Shown: positions 44,075 through 56,716, counted from the first letter of the stretch. The stretch: DNA of 64,000 nucleotides from an uncultured Candidatus Saccharibacteria bacterium (GCA_964385105.1 CAYLMU010000001.1:194252-258251); one strand, 5' to 3'. Notes: generated from the sequence alone by a model not told the origin. A program made the numbers and translations.

Positions 44075-46684
44075 ATGAAATTCATAAAAAACCTATTTGA
44101 TTCAAATGAAAAACAAATAAATAGTCTGAGGCCAACAGTAGAAGCTATAAATGAGTTGGAAGAAAAAACATCAAAACTTTCGGATGAAGAAATAAAAGCT
44201 AAAACACAAAGTTGGAAAGATGAGTTACGCAATTTAAGCTACGATGAAATGTTTAAACACCTGGATAAGCTTTTACCTGAAGCATTCGCATTAGTTAGAG
44301 AGGCATCAAAAAGGTCAATGGGCAAAAGGCATTACGATGTACAGTTAATTTCGGGTATTGTTTTACACCAGGGAAAAATTGCCGAACAAAAAACCGGTGA
44401 AGGTAAAACTTTAACAGCAACGCTTCCGTTATATTTAAACTCACTAACAGGCAGAGGAGCTCACTTAATTACACCAAATGACTATTTGTCACGTCACGGT
44501 GCAGGATGGATGGGACCATTATATACTGCGCTTGGGGTAAGTGTTGGTGTAATAATGCAGGAAAGAGCATTTATTTATGACCCGCAGTACGAGAGCACTG
44601 AATTTGAAGATGAATATACTATTCATTTGCGTGAGGTGAGCAGGCAGGAAGCTTACAAATGCGACATTGTATACGGCACAAATCATGAGTTTGGGTTTGA
44701 TTATTTGCGTGACAATATGGTTCAAACGCTTGAACATACAGTTCAGACAAATCCCAAGGGTGAATGGGGAGTTCATCATTATGCAATTGTAGACGAAGTT
44801 GACTCTATTTTAATTGATGTGGCAAGAACTCCATTAATAATTTCTACAACTGCCGAACAGCCAACCGAAAGATATCACCAGGCAAATAAAATTGTTACTC
44901 AATTAATCAAAGAACAGGACTATGAAGTTGAGGAAAAGTTTAGAAGTGTCTCATTAACCGACTTGGGTATTAGACGTGTTGAGAAGATGCTTGGAGTTTC
45001 AAACTTGTATGAACAAGACTTTGAAATGGTTCATTTGATTGAGCAGGCACTTAGTGCTAATGCGCTTTATGAAAAAGACCGGGATTATGTGGTAAAAAAC
45101 GGTCAGGTTATTATAGTTGATCAATTTACAGGCAGATTATTACCTTCAAACAGATTCTCACATGGACTACATCAGGCGATAGAAGCAAAAGAAAACGTTG
45201 AAATTCAACAGGAATCAAAAACTCGGGCTGAGATTTCGTACCAGAACTATTTTAGAATGTATGAAAAATTAGCAGGCATGACCGGTACTGCTATTACCGA
45301 AGCAGAGGAGTTTCACAAAATTTATAAACTGGACGTTGTGGTTATTCCAACAAACAAGCCTGTTGCCCGAAAAGATTTTAACGATGTTGTGTACAAAACC
45401 GAGTCTGCCAAATTTAAAGCCGTTGCCGATGAAATTTATGAAAAAAACAAGCTTGGGCAGCCTGTACTTGTAGGTACTACTTCGGTTGAAAAAAGCGAAA
45501 TGCTGCACAACTTATTGCAGAGAAGGGGCATAAAGCACGAAATTTTAAATGCCAAAAACCACGAACGTGAGGCTTTAATTATTGCGCAGGCTGGTCAAAA
45601 AGGTTCTGTTACCATTTCTACAAACATGGCGGGAAGAGGTGTTGACATTGTATTAGGCGGAGATCCTCCTTCTGATGAGTCCCAAAATGAAGTTAAAGAA
45701 CTTGGCGGATTGCATGTTATTGGTACAGAACGCCATGAATCACGAAGAATTGATAATCAGCTAAGAGGTAGAGCCGGAAGACAAGGTGATCCCGGTTCAT
45801 CAAAGTTTTATGTTTCATTACAAGATGATCTGATGAGAATATTTGGAGGCGAGAGAGTTGAGTCATTAATGAATAAATTTGGTGTTGATGAAAGTGTACC
45901 GTTAGAGGCAGGTATTGTAAGTAGAGCGATAGAAAATGCTCAAAAGAAAGTTGAAGGATTTAATTTTGACCGTAGAAAACAGATTGTTGAAATGGATGAT
46001 GTGATGAATGTGCATCGTGATGTGATTTATAAGTTGCGCAGGAGAATCCTTGAGCTTGGTTCGGGAAATATACAACATAAAGAATGGATGCTTGGAAAAC
46101 TTTTGCAATATTCAATAGAGAATGTGAGTGTTGAAGAGATATGGAATAAATTTGAAAACGAACTTGGTGAAGAAACCTGGCTTCAAGCTTTTGGTCAAAT
46201 AAGTTTGCCCGTTGTTGATATGTTATGGATGGAGCATTTAGTAGACATGGATCACTTGCGCGATGGCATTGGTTTACAAGGTTATGCACAAAAAGATCCA
46301 ATGGTTGAGTACAAAAGAGAAGGTCACGAAAGATTTGAACTATTAGTGCAAAAAATATATGCAGACATTGTAGAAAGATTGTCTCGAATTCATGATGCAA
46401 GACTCGTAAGCTCACAGCAAAAACCTCAAAATGAGCAAATGGTATATCAGCGGGGTGAAATTGAGAGTGGAGTGGCAAATGAAGCACAAATGTTGGCTGG
46501 CCAAAGTGGTCAAAATAATCAAAACGGTTTAAATAGACAAAAAAGAGAAAGTTTGGTTCAAATGCCAGACGGAAGAACGGTAAAAGTTGAACCTGTTGTT
46601 GCAACTACAAAAGTTGGTAGAAATGATCCATGCCCTTGCGGAAGCGGGAAAAAATATAAGAAGTGTCATGGTAGGGGTTTGTAA
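44075..46684 (+). CDS. secA: Preprotein translocase ATPase SecA
   Basis: DEAD-like motor ([13 protein letters not shown]). HELICc with [11 protein letters not shown]-terminal zinc finger [14 protein letters not shown]. Confidence 0.9.
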   Translation: MKFIKNLFDSNEKQINSLRPTVEAINELEEKTSKLSDEEIKAKTQSWKDELRNLSYDEMFKHLDKLLPEAFALVREASKRSMGKRHYDVQLISGIVLHQGKIAEQKTGEGKTLTATLPLYLNSLTGRGAHLITPNDYLSRHGAGWMGPLYTALGVSVGVIMQERAFIYDPQYESTEFEDEYTIHLREVSRQEAYKCDIVYGTNHEFGFDYLRDNMVQTLEHTVQTNPKGEWGVHHYAIVDEVDSILIDVARTPLIISTTAEQPTERYHQANKIVTQLIKEQDYEVEEKFRSVSLTDLGIRRVEKMLGVSNLYEQDFEMVHLIEQALSANALYEKDRDYVVKNGQVIIVDQFTGRLLPSNRFSHGLHQAIEAKENVEIQQESKTRAEISYQNYFRMYEKLAGMTGTAITEAEEFHKIYKLDVVVIPTNKPVARKDFNDVVYKTESAKFKAVADEIYEKNKLGQPVLVGTTSVEKSEMLHNLLQRRGIKHEILNAKNHEREALIIAQAGQKGSVTISTNMAGRGVDIVLGGDPPSDESQNEVKELGGLHVIGTERHESRRIDNQLRGRAGRQGDPGSSKFYVSLQDDLMRIFGGERVESLMNKFGVDESVPLEAGIVSRAIENAQKKVEGFNFDRRKQIVEMDDVMNVHRDVIYKLRRRILELGSGNIQHKEWMLGKLLQYSIENVSVEEIWNKFENELGEETWLQAFGQISLPVVDMLWMEHLVDMDHLRDGIGLQGYAQKDPMVEYKREGHERFELLVQKIYADIVERLSRIHDARLVSSQQKPQNEQMVYQRGEIESGVANEAQMLAGQSGQNNQNGLNRQKRESLVQMPDGRTVKVEPVVATTKVGRNDPCPCGSGKKYKKCHGRGL

Positions 46685-46691
46685 AAGGTTT

Positions 46692-48116
46692 TTATTCTAG
46701 TTGTTTGTATTGGGCAATGGCTTTAATTAATTCTTTAGCCATTGTGTCATACATCGCAGGTGCATAGCCGGCTCTTGCTACACTTTCCATATTTGCCATT
46801 ACTTCTTGGTAATATTTTAACTCACTTTTCAAAAATTCAATTCTTGTTCTAACTTCAGGTATATCTTGGAATTCTTTTTCCAAACTAATAACATCATCGA
46901 TGAAATCTCCAGCCATTAACTCAAATTGTCTGTTCAGTTCATTTTTTGACTCCTCAGAATTGAGATTTGCAACAATTGTATTTTTAACTTCTGTTAATGC
47001 GTTTAATACATTCTCAGGTGAGTCTTCCTGTTCCTCATTTGTTATGGATTCAACTTCCGGGGAGTTTCCATTTGGGCTAAATTTAGTTTGTTCAGCATTC
47101 ATTCTTGCTTTTCTTGCTCTTGGTGCTTCCATATATTCTCTCATTCTTTTTTCTTTTGGACTTTCTGTTGGTTCAGGTTCAATCACTTGACCATTTTGGT
47201 TTTGTAGAGCTTCTGCAACTGCTGCCCTAACAATATCTGCCAAACTCTCTTGGCTTTCTGCTCGTTCTTGGGCAATTTGCTCTTTTAGTTTTTCTATTTC
47301 GGCTTGACGTTTAGCATCTGCTTCGGATAGTTGTTGCTGAAATTTTTCCTGTTCAGCCTTTCGTGCTGCTTCTTGCTCTTCTAGTTGTTTTTTTAAGCTC
47401 TCAATTTGTGCTGATTGTTGCTCATTAATACTTTCTATAGATGTAAGTTTTTCTTTGATTTCTGCATTTGTTGTTTTTAGCGCTTCAGTAATTTCTGTAT
47501 TAGTTTGCGGGCCGTATCTTAATTTGCTGTAATCATAAGGTTCTTTCTTTTCCCGTTCTTTTGGTTTGAGTACATTTTTATTAAATCGCTCCTGACGTAC
47601 CAATTCTTCTCCTTTTGATTGAATCAACTTTTTTAAATTTGGGTCTTTTGTCAGGTCAATCTTTGTTCCTTTATAGTCTAGTTTATTAAGTTCTTCTAGA
47701 CCTCCCATTCTTCTTACTGCTTCGGGGCCACCTGATTCTCTTACCCAAATTTTTGCCAATTCCGTTACTTCGTCATTACCTCGTAAATTTTTTACTTCTT
47801 CTATTGTTGGTCTGAATAATTTATTTTTAAATCTTTCCAAATGCTCACGCATACTAATTCTAGTTTCTTCAACAGCTTGGTTTATTTCGTTTGTTTTTTC
47901 CGGATGTTCTCTTGAAGCTTGTGCCGCTGCTTCTTGGGTCACCTGTACTGCACTCGCCGTGCGTATGGCGGCATTTTCAGCAGCTTCTTGTGGAGATAGA
48001 GTTTCATTATTTTCTCTTTCTGTATCTCCCTGGTCTGTATTTTCCGGAGGATTTTCAGGTTCTGCACCAGTCGCTGAGTGTCCATTCATTTTATATTCTG
48101 CATCCACTATAGCCAT
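46692..48116 (-). CDS. Hypothetical coiled-coil protein (474 aa; Glu/Gln/Lys/Ala-rich)
   Basis: Long ORF with extended heptad-like charged repeats (QLEEQEAARKAEQEKFQQQLSEADAKRQAEIEKLKEQIAQERAE). No enzymatic motif. Confidence 0.5.
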   Translation of the reverse strand: MAIVDAEYKMNGHSATGAEPENPPENTDQGDTERENNETLSPQEAAENAAIRTASAVQVTQEAAAQASREHPEKTNEINQAVEETRISMREHLERFKNKLFRPTIEEVKNLRGNDEVTELAKIWVRESGGPEAVRRMGGLEELNKLDYKGTKIDLTKDPNLKKLIQSKGEELVRQERFNKNVLKPKEREKKEPYDYSKLRYGPQTNTEITEALKTTNAEIKEKLTSIESINEQQSAQIESLKKQLEEQEAARKAEQEKFQQQLSEADAKRQAEIEKLKEQIAQERAESQESLADIVRAAVAEALQNQNGQVIEPEPTESPKEKRMREYMEAPRARKARMNAEQTKFSPNGNSPEVESITNEEQEDSPENVLNALTEVKNTIVANLNSEESKNELNRQFELMAGDFIDDVISLEKEFQDIPEVRTRIEFLKSELKYYQEVMANMESVARAGYAPAMYDTMAKELIKAIAQYKQLE

Positions 48117-48118
48117 AC

Positions 48119-48271
48119 CTATCCTTTCACAATTTCATCCAGTTTATCTAAAAACTTTAAATAAATTTCTTCAAGGTCTTTATCAAACTCTTCTTTAAGA
48201 GCTTTAATATCTTGCTTTTTAACGGAATCGGTATTTGTTTGAGTTTTTGGATTTTGTGTTGTGGCAGTATC
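48119..48271 (-). CDS. Possible small protein (50 aa) upstream of, and abutting, the coiled-coil gene
   Basis: Internal Met of the 113-aa track ORF (MDTATTQNPKTQ...). The longer form is rejected because it overlaps the HAD gene on the opposite strand. Confidence 0.25.
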   Translation of the reverse strand, partial: DTATTQNPKTQTNTDSVKKQDIKALKEEFDKDLEEIYLKFLDKLDEIVKG

Positions 48272-48311
48272 CATAAATAAATGATACACATATTTCGTGT
48301 AAAATAAAACA

Positions 48312-48959
48312 GTGCCTACCCAAATAGCATACAAAAATATAATTTTTGATTTTGACGGAACTTTAGCCGATACATTTGATACCGCTATTAGGATAATAAA
48401 TAAAGAGCCTTCTAAGTTTGGAATTGACGGAATTGATGAGTCAGAAATTCCCCGCCTCAAAAATATGTCTATAAAGTATTTGCTAAGAGAGTTTAACGTA
48501 AATATATTGCGTGTCCCGATGTTTGTAAAAATGCTTCAGGAAGCATTGTATAGTGAAGCAGATTCCATAAAGGCATTTCCTCATATCGAAGAGTTGATAG
48601 TGGATTTAAAACTCAAAGGGGGTAATTTGGGCATAATCACAAGCAATTCAAAAAAAATGGTGGAAAAGTTTTTGGAAAATGAAGATATTCATGTTTTTGA
48701 CTATATTAGATCTGAAAAGGCACTTTTTGGTAAACATCAATCTATAACCCGAATTATGAAAAAATATAAATTTAACCCTGCTGAAACTATTTATGTTGGT
48801 GATGAGGTACGTGACATAAATGCAACAAAAAAAGTAGGAATTCCTATAGTATCAGTTACGTGGGGCTATAATGATGAGAAGATTCTGAAACTTCATGAGC
48901 CGGAATTTATGGCTCATTCGGTAGATGAGTTGAGAAACATCTTATTTACAAGTGATTGA
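48312..48959 (+). CDS. HAD-superfamily hydrolase (phosphatase)
   Basis: Motif I IIFDFDGTLADT. Motif III-like K..., and GDEVRDINATKKVGI (motif IV DD/ED). Confidence 0.7.
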   Translation: MPTQIAYKNIIFDFDGTLADTFDTAIRIINKEPSKFGIDGIDESEIPRLKNMSIKYLLREFNVNILRVPMFVKMLQEALYSEADSIKAFPHIEELIVDLKLKGGNLGIITSNSKKMVEKFLENEDIHVFDYIRSEKALFGKHQSITRIMKKYKFNPAETIYVGDEVRDINATKKVGIPIVSVTWGYNDEKILKLHEPEFMAHSVDELRNILFTSD

Positions 48960-49546
48960 CACTTTTTGGCTTTATTAACTTTAGTGGTAGTATAATACCT
49001 GACATGAATGAAAAAAGCTTTTTAATTGAACTTCTCGAAACCTTTTCTACGTCATTTATTATTCTGATGCTTATTTACTGGTTTGTTGCATTACCCGAAG
49101 TTGTGTTCGGTGCAAGCATGGAACCGACATTTTATACCGGAGAGCGAATTTTGGTTGAAAAAGTTACTAAACATTTTAAAGATTTTGAAAGAGGGGACAT
49201 TGTTGTTTTGTATCCTCCCGGAAATGATACGGATCATTATGTAAAAAGAATTGTGGGTGTTGAGGGTGATATTTTTAAAATCAGCAACTGCAAGGTTTAT
49301 ATAACACGTGAAGATGGTAAATTTGAGTTGGAAGAGCCTTATTTATCTTCTTCATCTTGCACGGGTGAAGGGTCAAAAATTAAAGAAGGATTTTCAATTA
49401 AGCTTGGTGCGGGTGAATATATTGTGCTGGGCGATAATCGGGAAAGGTCGGTTGATTCAAGAACTTTGGGTATTATAAAAGAAGACAGGATTGTTGGAAG
49501 AGTGGCATTTAGGTTTTGGCCGCTTGATAAAGTGAGATTTTATTAA
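48956..49546 (+). CDS. lepB: Signal peptidase I
   Basis: TM anchor. Catalytic Ser box VFGASMEPTF. Lys box HYVKRIVGVEGD. C-terminal box GDNRERSVDSRTLG. Confidence 0.8.
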   Translation: MTLFGFINFSGSIIPDMNEKSFLIELLETFSTSFIILMLIYWFVALPEVVFGASMEPTFYTGERILVEKVTKHFKDFERGDIVVLYPPGNDTDHYVKRIVGVEGDIFKISNCKVYITREDGKFELEEPYLSSSSCTGEGSKIKEGFSIKLGAGEYIVLGDNRERSVDSRTLGIIKEDRIVGRVAFRFWPLDKVRFY

Positions 49547-49699
49547 TTTTTATACTAAAGTTATTGACATTGTGCCATGCGTATGGTAATTTTCGACTTG
49601 TCGATAATTCTCGGGCTTTACAACAGCAAATTCTTTGTTAGAATAATAAAGCGGTTTTTATAAAATTAAATTAGAAAGCTTTACATAAAAAACTCTTAA

Positions 49700-52600
49700 A
49701 TGAGGCATAATTTTTCAAAAAGGAAAAAATTACAGGCTTTACCGGATTTAGTTTCCATACAGCACGATTCTTATAATTGGCTGAAAAATTCCGGAATTGA
49801 AGAAGTTCTGGATGAACTTGGAACCATTGAAGACACCACCGGACGCGGCTGGGTAATGAAACTTTCTGACCCTCGATTTGATAAAGAAAACAGATCCATC
49901 GCAGAAGCATTTCACAAAGGCCAAAGCTACGATGCCGGATGGTACGTTACGGCTACACTTGAAGACCCCATAAATAACAAGAAAAAAACTAAAGAGATTT
50001 ACATGGGGGATATTCCTTTAATGACTCCATCGGGAACATTTATTATAAATGGAGTAGAAAGAGTAATTATTAACCAATTGAGAAGGTCAGAAGGCGTACT
50101 TTTTACACGTGAAATTCATGCAAGTACAGGAAAATCTTTGGGAGGGGCAAAAGTGCTTCCAAAAAATGGTGCATGGCTTGAAATTAGCACTTCAAGATCA
50201 GGTGTTATAAGCGTAAAAATCGACAGACGAAGAAAATTACCCGTAACTGCTATTTTAAGACTTTTTGGCCTAGAAACCGATGACGATATTAGAGCTGCAT
50301 TTGCCGAAGTAGATAACAATCCCGAAGTAAATTATATTGAGTCAACTTTATCAAAAGATCCGGCTTCATCATATGACGAAGCGGTACTTGAAGTTTACAA
50401 AAAAATGAGACCGGGTGAACCTCTTGCTTTAGACAGTGCAAGAGAACTTGTACAAACGTTATTTTTTAACCCCAGAAGATACAATTTAGGAAAAGTCGGA
50501 CGATTTAAGCTAAATAAAACTCTTGGGTTGAGTTTTCCGGAAGAGGGTAGATTTTTACTACTACAGCTTGAAGATATTATAAACATTGTAGCTGAAGTAA
50601 TTAGAATCAATAATGGAGTTTCACAGCCAAGCGATGTTGACCATTTGTCTAATAGAAGAGTAAGAAGTGTTGGTGAGCTGTTACAAGATGAAATAAGAAT
50701 CGGATTTTTGAGAATGGAAAGAAATATTAAAGAAAGAATGAGTCTACAGCCACGAGATGAGTTGCCTGACCCTAGTGTTTTGATTTCTGCAAGAACAGTT
50801 TCTGCCGCAATTCACAGCTTTTTTGCGACAGGACAGCTTTCACAGCATCACGATCAGCAAAATCCGTTAACTGCACTTGATCATATGAGAAGGCTTTCGG
50901 TTTTAGGTCCGGGAGGTTTAACACGTGAAAGAGCAAGCATGTCAGTTAGAGACGTGCATCATTCTTCATTTGGAAAAATTTGTCCGGTAAGAACACCTGA
51001 AGGCCCGAATGTTGGTTTAATAAACTATTTGGCTTCTTATGCAAAAGTAAATGATTACGGATTTTTGGAAACTCCCTATATTAGAATTGAAAAAACAAAC
51101 GACGACAAAATGAGAGTTACGGAGGAAGTTGTTTATTTAGCAGCTTACGAAGAAGATGAAGTTTACATAACAGACTCATCAGTTGAGCAGGATGAAAAAG
51201 GCATAATTACACAAACACAGGTTCCTTTAAGAAAAGGAGGTAATTTTGTACTTGGTGATGTTAAAAATGCGCAATACATGGAATTAATTCCTATGCAAAC
51301 CGTTGGTATAGCAGCAGGATTAATTTCGTTTTTACCAAATGACGATATTTCAAGAGCTTTAATGGGTACTCAGCAAATGTCACAGGCTGTTCCGTTAATT
51401 GTGCCTGAAGCACCTATAGTAGGTACAGGCATAGAAAATGATATAGCATTAAATTCAGGTATTGTGACGGTAGCAGAAGATGACGGTGAGGTGAAATATG
51501 CTGACGCCGAAAGAGTTGTTATTAAATACAAGGGAAGTTCCAAAGATGTTGAATATAATCCTAAAAAGTTTGAGCGTTCAAATCAATACACTTCTATTAA
51601 TCAAAAAGTGGTAGTAAGTACCGGTGACAAAATTAAAAAAGGTCAGGTTTTATTCGAAGGTCCAGCAAGTGACAACGGCGAACTTTCTATTGGAATCAAT
51701 TTAAAAACAGCTTACATGATTTATGAAGGTTATGAGTATGAAGACGGGGTTATTATTTCAGACAGATTAATTAAAGAAGACGTTTTAACGTCAAATCATA
51801 TAACAAACTATAAAGTAGCTGTTTTGGAAACTAAACTTGGCCCAGAAGAAATTACTGCAGATATTCCAAATGTATCAGAGGAAGCACTAAGAAATCTTGA
51901 TGAAGATGGAATTGTTGTAATCGGGTCAAAAGTTAAAGGCGGAGATATTCTGGTTGGTAAAGTCGCACCAAAAGGTGAAGTGGAGTTGTCTGCTGAAGAA
52001 AGATTGTTGAGAGCAATTTTTGGTGAAAAAGCAAAAGAAGTTCGTGATAACTCACTTGTAATGCCTCATGGAAAACATGGCGTTGTTATAGGTATAAAAA
52101 GAGTTACAAGAAAAGAAAATACCAATCTTCCAACAGGGACATTAGAAGAAATTACAATTTATGTGGCTCAACAAAAAAAGATTGAAGTTGGTGATAAGCT
52201 TTCGGGAAGACACGGTAACAAGGGTGTAATTTCAGCTGTTGTTCCTGAGGTCGATATGCCTCATTTAGAAGATGGAACACCTATAGATATTATCTTTTCA
52301 TCAGAAGCTGTTTTAAAAAGAATGAACGTCGGTCAGATTTTGGAAGCTCCGCTTGGTATGGCAGGTAAAAGACTTGGCAAAAAATATGTGATTCCAAACT
52401 TTGAACCTGTTCCGCAAGAAGAAATTGATGAAGAACTAAAACAGGCAGGAGTTCCGGTTTCTGGAAAAATGAAACTTATTGACGGCAGAACCGGTGACTA
52501 TTTTGATGAAGAGGTAGTTGTTGGTGATACTTATATTTTGAAACTAGTACACATGTCTGAAGAAAAAATGCATGCACGTTCAACAGGCCCTTACTCGTTA

Positions 52601-53020
52601 ATTACACAACAGCCTTTAGGCGGTAAATCACAAATGGGCGGACAAAGACTTGGAGAAATGGAAGTATGGGCACTTCAAGCTTATGGTGCTGCACACATTC
52701 TAAAAGAAATGTTGACCATTAAGTCTGATGACTGGCTGGGAAGAACACAAGCTTACAAGGCTATACTACAAGGCCAGCCTATACCTGAATCTAATATTCC
52801 TGAATCGTTTAAGTTGTTGGTAAGAGAATTAAACGGATTAGGACTTGGTATTGAAGCTTTGGGTCACGAAGAACTTGAAGGTGAAGTTCTAACTTATGAA
52901 GATTCGGTTCCTCAGGTAGGTGAAGCGGTTTTTGTTGAGGGAAGTTCCGAGACTACCGACGACCTTGAATTAGATGATGAGGATGCAGACGAATCTATTG
53001 AAATTATGGAGGAAGAATAA
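49700..53020 (+). CDS. rpoB: DNA-directed RNA polymerase subunit beta
   Basis: Conserved throughout (...GRHGNKGVIS...; ...NVGQILE...). 1106 aa. Confidence 0.95.
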   Translation: MRHNFSKRKKLQALPDLVSIQHDSYNWLKNSGIEEVLDELGTIEDTTGRGWVMKLSDPRFDKENRSIAEAFHKGQSYDAGWYVTATLEDPINNKKKTKEIYMGDIPLMTPSGTFIINGVERVIINQLRRSEGVLFTREIHASTGKSLGGAKVLPKNGAWLEISTSRSGVISVKIDRRRKLPVTAILRLFGLETDDDIRAAFAEVDNNPEVNYIESTLSKDPASSYDEAVLEVYKKMRPGEPLALDSARELVQTLFFNPRRYNLGKVGRFKLNKTLGLSFPEEGRFLLLQLEDIINIVAEVIRINNGVSQPSDVDHLSNRRVRSVGELLQDEIRIGFLRMERNIKERMSLQPRDELPDPSVLISARTVSAAIHSFFATGQLSQHHDQQNPLTALDHMRRLSVLGPGGLTRERASMSVRDVHHSSFGKICPVRTPEGPNVGLINYLASYAKVNDYGFLETPYIRIEKTNDDKMRVTEEVVYLAAYEEDEVYITDSSVEQDEKGIITQTQVPLRKGGNFVLGDVKNAQYMELIPMQTVGIAAGLISFLPNDDISRALMGTQQMSQAVPLIVPEAPIVGTGIENDIALNSGIVTVAEDDGEVKYADAERVVIKYKGSSKDVEYNPKKFERSNQYTSINQKVVVSTGDKIKKGQVLFEGPASDNGELSIGINLKTAYMIYEGYEYEDGVIISDRLIKEDVLTSNHITNYKVAVLETKLGPEEITADIPNVSEEALRNLDEDGIVVIGSKVKGGDILVGKVAPKGEVELSAEERLLRAIFGEKAKEVRDNSLVMPHGKHGVVIGIKRVTRKENTNLPTGTLEEITIYVAQQKKIEVGDKLSGRHGNKGVISAVVPEVDMPHLEDGTPIDIIFSSEAVLKRMNVGQILEAPLGMAGKRLGKKYVIPNFEPVPQEEIDEELKQAGVPVSGKMKLIDGRTGDYFDEEVVVGDTYILKLVHMSEEKMHARSTGPYSLITQQPLGGKSQMGGQRLGEMEVWALQAYGAAHILKEMLTIKSDDWLGRTQAYKAILQGQPIPESNIPESFKLLVRELNGLGLGIEALGHEELEGEVLTYEDSVPQVGEAVFVEGSSETTDDLELDDEDADESIEIMEEE

Positions 53021-53021
53021 T

Positions 53022-56000
53022 ATGAAAAATTTAAATGAATTAAGAGATTTTGAAGCTTTAAAAATATATTTGGCATCTTCAGAAGACATGCTTGAATGGT
53101 CTTATGGTGAAGTGACCAAACCGGAAACAATTAACTACAGAACTTTCAGGCCGGAAAGGGACGGATTATTTGACGAAAGAATTTTTGGACCAGTTAGAGA
53201 CTGGACGTGTTACTGCGGAAAATATAAGGGATACAGATATAGTGGTGTTGTTTGCGATAAGTGCGGTGTAGAAGTTGCACATTCAAGAGTACGAAGAGAA
53301 AGAATGGGTCATATTAAACTGGCATCTCCTGTTGTACACGTGTGGTTTTTTAAAGGAATTCCTTCAAAATTAGCACTTTTGCTTGATATTTCACCTCGAA
53401 AGCTTGAGTCGGTTATTTACTTTTCATCTTTTATTGTAACCGGCTACAACGGTGAGAAAAAAGCAAAAGCTATTTCTAATGTAAATGAAGACATGGAAAG
53501 AGAGCTAAGAGTTTTAGAAAAAGACGTAGAAGACCAGGTTAAAGAGCTAGAAAACCAGCTGACCAGTGAAAAAAAAGCTGAAAGTTTTTCTGCTCAGGAA
53601 GAAAATTTACGAATAAAACAAAGAGTTCAGGCTTTAAGAGAAAAATCTGTTGAAGATAAAAGTGAAATTGAAAGAAAATACAATCTTATTCAGAAAAAAC
53701 TTGAAAGTATTGAACTATTTTCAATAATGTCAGATACCGAATATTACAATCTTTCGGAGTATGTGGATATGTTTGCTGAAGTTGCAATCGGGGCAGACGC
53801 AATTAAAGTAATTTTAGAGGGATTGGATTTGGCAGAATTGTCAATGCAGCTTCGAGAAGACATGGAAAGATCAAAAGGCCAAAAAGTTAAAAAAGTAGCA
53901 AAAAGATTAAAAGTTGTTGAAGGTTTTAGAAAGGCAAATATTGAACCGTCCAGAATGGTGCTTGAGGTTCTTCCGGTAATTCCGCCTGAGCTTAGACCAA
54001 TGGTACAGCTTGAAGGTGGAAGATTTGCTACATCAGACTCAAACGACTTATACAGAAGAGTTATTAACAGAAACAACCGATTACAAAAATTGTTAGACCT
54101 TGGTGCTCCCGAAATAATTATTAGAAATGAGAAAAGAATGTTGCAAGAATCAGTTGATGCTTTGATTGACTCATCAAAACAACGAAGCAGTACCAGAACC
54201 ACAAGAGGTAGAAAACAACTCAAATCGCTTGCAGATAATTTAAAAGGAAAACAAGGAAGATTTAGACAAAACTTGCTTGGAAAACGTGTGGATTATTCAG
54301 GTCGTGCGGTAATTATTAACGGGCCTAATCTTAAACTAAACGAATGCGGAATTCCAAAAGATATGGCGCTTGAATTGTTTAAGCCGTTTGTGTTGCGTGA
54401 AGTTTTGGCAAGAGGACTTGCTCCTAATGTAAAAAGCGCAAAATTTGTTGTTGAACAAAGAGGTGCTGAAATTTGGGATATTCTTGAAGAATTGGTAGAA
54501 GGCCACCCTGTACTCTTAAACAGACAGCCTACACTTTGGAGACTTGGTATACAGGCATTTTATCCTAAACTTATTGATGGAAATGCTATTAGACTTCATT
54601 TATGCGTGTGTCCGGGGTATAACGCTGACTTTGACGGTGACCAGATGGCTGTAATGTTACCGTTGGCCGAAGAAGCAATAAATGAAGCAAAAACAAAAAT
54701 GCTATCAACACGAAACTTAAGAAGACCATCTGACGGTATTCCGTTTTCTGTTCCGACAAAAATTATGATTTTCGGAATTTACTACATGACTTCTATTGAT
54801 AAGAACCTAACTGCACATGGTTCAGTTTTCGGTTCAACTGAAGAGGTAAAGTATGCACTTTTAGCGTCAAATAAAATAAAACTAAGACAACCTATAAAAG
54901 CAAGAATTAAAGGTGAAGTGATAGAAACTACTCCCGGAAGAATATTATTTAACCAGGTACTTCCGGAATCATTTGATTTTGTAAATAAGGTTGTTGATAA
55001 AGATGAAGTAAACAAAATACTTGCCTGGGCTTTTGAAACTGAAACTGAGGATGAAGTTGTACGACTTATTGATGACATGAAAAACCTAGGTTTGAAATAT
55101 GGAACCCTTTCGGGTCATTCAGTATCACTAGCAGATGTTAAGATTCCGGATGAAAGAGATGAAATTATTGACGAAGCCAAAAAACATGTAGCTGAAATTA
55201 ACAAAAACTTTGCAAGAGGTTTAATTACAGAAAAAGAATCCACAAGGTTAACTGAAGATGTATGGAACCGGGTTACCGGAGATATAGATGAAAAAGTATG
55301 GGAAACACTTGAAGAAGATAATGCGGTAAAAGTCTTAATTAAGTCAAAAGCTACAAGAGCATCACGAAATCAGGTTAATCAGATTGCAGGTATTAGAGGA
55401 CTTGTATATGACGCAACAGGCAAGCTGGTAAGTGTTCCTTTGCTTGGTAACTACAAAACAGGTTTAACTGCTATGGAATACTTTATTGGAGCAAGAGGTG
55501 CAAGAAAAGGATTAGTGGACAAAGGTCTGAAAACTGCAGATGCCGGATATTTAACAAGAAAACTGGTTGATGTGGCTCAGGATGTTATAACCCGAGAACC
55601 GGATTGCGGAACCGATCAGGGAAGAAGAGTGATTGTAGGTGAAGCCACTGTACTTGCAACATTTGCAGAAAGATTTGAAGGCCGAATTCTTGCACAGGAT
55701 GTAATGTTTAATAACAAATCTATATATGACAAAGGCACTATGTTAACTCTACAAATGCTAAATGACATTGAAGAAAAAGGAATTAAAGAAATAATCATTA
55801 GATCTGCATTAAATTGTGAAACAAAAAGAGGAATCTGTGCAATTTGTTATGGAGCAGATATTATGACACAAAAAATGGTTGAGTTGGGTGAAGCGGTAGG
55901 TGTAAGCGCAGCACAATCAATTGGTGAGCCGGGTACTCAGCTTACAATGAGAACATTTCACACAGGAGGAGTAGCAGGTAAAGACATTACACAAGGTTTA

Positions 56001-56714
56001 CCAAGAATTGAAGAGCTGGTTGAAGCTCGCGCACCAAAATATTTATCTATAATGAGCGATATTACAGGTACAGTTAAAATTTCGGAAAAAGGTGATGAAA
56101 GAAAAATTACGGTTATAGCAAGCGATCCCGAAGCCGAAGAAAAAACCATTGAATATACAATAGATCCGGTAGACGAGGTTGTGGTTGAAGACGGACAGCT
56201 TGTTGCAAAAGGTGAAAAATTAACAGGCGGACACTTAAACCTAACCGATTTATTAAGAACAGTAGGCGTTGCCGAGACCAAAAAATATATCATCGATGAA
56301 ATCCAAAAGGTATATGCATCACAAGGTGTATCCATAAATGATAAACATCTTGAAGTTATTGTTAGACAAATGTTTAACCACGTAAAGATTGAAGACAGCG
56401 GAGATACAGACTTCTTACCTAACAGCATAGTTACAAAAGACACTTTTGAAGAAGAAAATGAAAGAGTTATTGCAGAAGGCGGTACCCCAGCTACTGCGTC
56501 GGTGCAGATTTTAGGAATAACCAAAGCTTCCTTGAACACTGACAGTTTCTTATCGGCAGCTTCGTTTATACACACAACACAAGTGTTGACCGACGCTGCA
56601 GCTTCTGGTAAAGTCGATATGTTACTTGGCCTCAAAGAAAACGTTATCATCGGACGACTTATTCCAACAGGAAAAAGAGCAATTTTGGACGATGAGAGCG
56701 TTGATGAGGAATAA
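53022..56714 (+). CDS. rpoC: DNA-directed RNA polymerase subunit beta'
   Basis: Zn-binding [20 protein letters not shown]. Catalytic NADFDGDQM. Start assigned to MKNLNEL at 53022, 1 nt after the rpoB stop and preceded by a GGAGGAAG RBS. Confidence 0.95.
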   Translation: MKNLNELRDFEALKIYLASSEDMLEWSYGEVTKPETINYRTFRPERDGLFDERIFGPVRDWTCYCGKYKGYRYSGVVCDKCGVEVAHSRVRRERMGHIKLASPVVHVWFFKGIPSKLALLLDISPRKLESVIYFSSFIVTGYNGEKKAKAISNVNEDMERELRVLEKDVEDQVKELENQLTSEKKAESFSAQEENLRIKQRVQALREKSVEDKSEIERKYNLIQKKLESIELFSIMSDTEYYNLSEYVDMFAEVAIGADAIKVILEGLDLAELSMQLREDMERSKGQKVKKVAKRLKVVEGFRKANIEPSRMVLEVLPVIPPELRPMVQLEGGRFATSDSNDLYRRVINRNNRLQKLLDLGAPEIIIRNEKRMLQESVDALIDSSKQRSSTRTTRGRKQLKSLADNLKGKQGRFRQNLLGKRVDYSGRAVIINGPNLKLNECGIPKDMALELFKPFVLREVLARGLAPNVKSAKFVVEQRGAEIWDILEELVEGHPVLLNRQPTLWRLGIQAFYPKLIDGNAIRLHLCVCPGYNADFDGDQMAVMLPLAEEAINEAKTKMLSTRNLRRPSDGIPFSVPTKIMIFGIYYMTSIDKNLTAHGSVFGSTEEVKYALLASNKIKLRQPIKARIKGEVIETTPGRILFNQVLPESFDFVNKVVDKDEVNKILAWAFETETEDEVVRLIDDMKNLGLKYGTLSGHSVSLADVKIPDERDEIIDEAKKHVAEINKNFARGLITEKESTRLTEDVWNRVTGDIDEKVWETLEEDNAVKVLIKSKATRASRNQVNQIAGIRGLVYDATGKLVSVPLLGNYKTGLTAMEYFIGARGARKGLVDKGLKTADAGYLTRKLVDVAQDVITREPDCGTDQGRRVIVGEATVLATFAERFEGRILAQDVMFNNKSIYDKGTMLTLQMLNDIEEKGIKEIIIRSALNCETKRGICAICYGADIMTQKMVELGEAVGVSAAQSIGEPGTQLTMRTFHTGGVAGKDITQGLPRIEELVEARAPKYLSIMSDITGTVKISEKGDERKITVIASDPEAEEKTIEYTIDPVDEVVVEDGQLVAKGEKLTGGHLNLTDLLRTVGVAETKKYIIDEIQKVYASQGVSINDKHLEVIVRQMFNHVKIEDSGDTDFLPNSIVTKDTFEEENERVIAEGGTPATASVQILGITKASLNTDSFLSAASFIHTTQVLTDAAASGKVDMLLGLKENVIIGRLIPTGKRAILDDESVDEE

Positions 56715-56716
56715 TT

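Noticed and set aside
45960-46604. 214-aa minus-strand ORF inside secA (and other antisense ORFs in rpoB, rpoC, fusA, tuf and dnaK)
   Set aside because: Antisense to highly conserved housekeeping genes. Compositionally biased (His/Phe/Gln-rich) translations with no motifs.
48119-48460. Long (113-aa) form of the minus-strand ORF overlapping the HAD hydrolase gene
   Set aside because: Its N-terminal two-thirds overlap the well-supported HAD gene (48312..48959) on the other strand. Only the non-overlapping C-terminal 50 aa (48119..48271) are retained as a low-confidence small gene.
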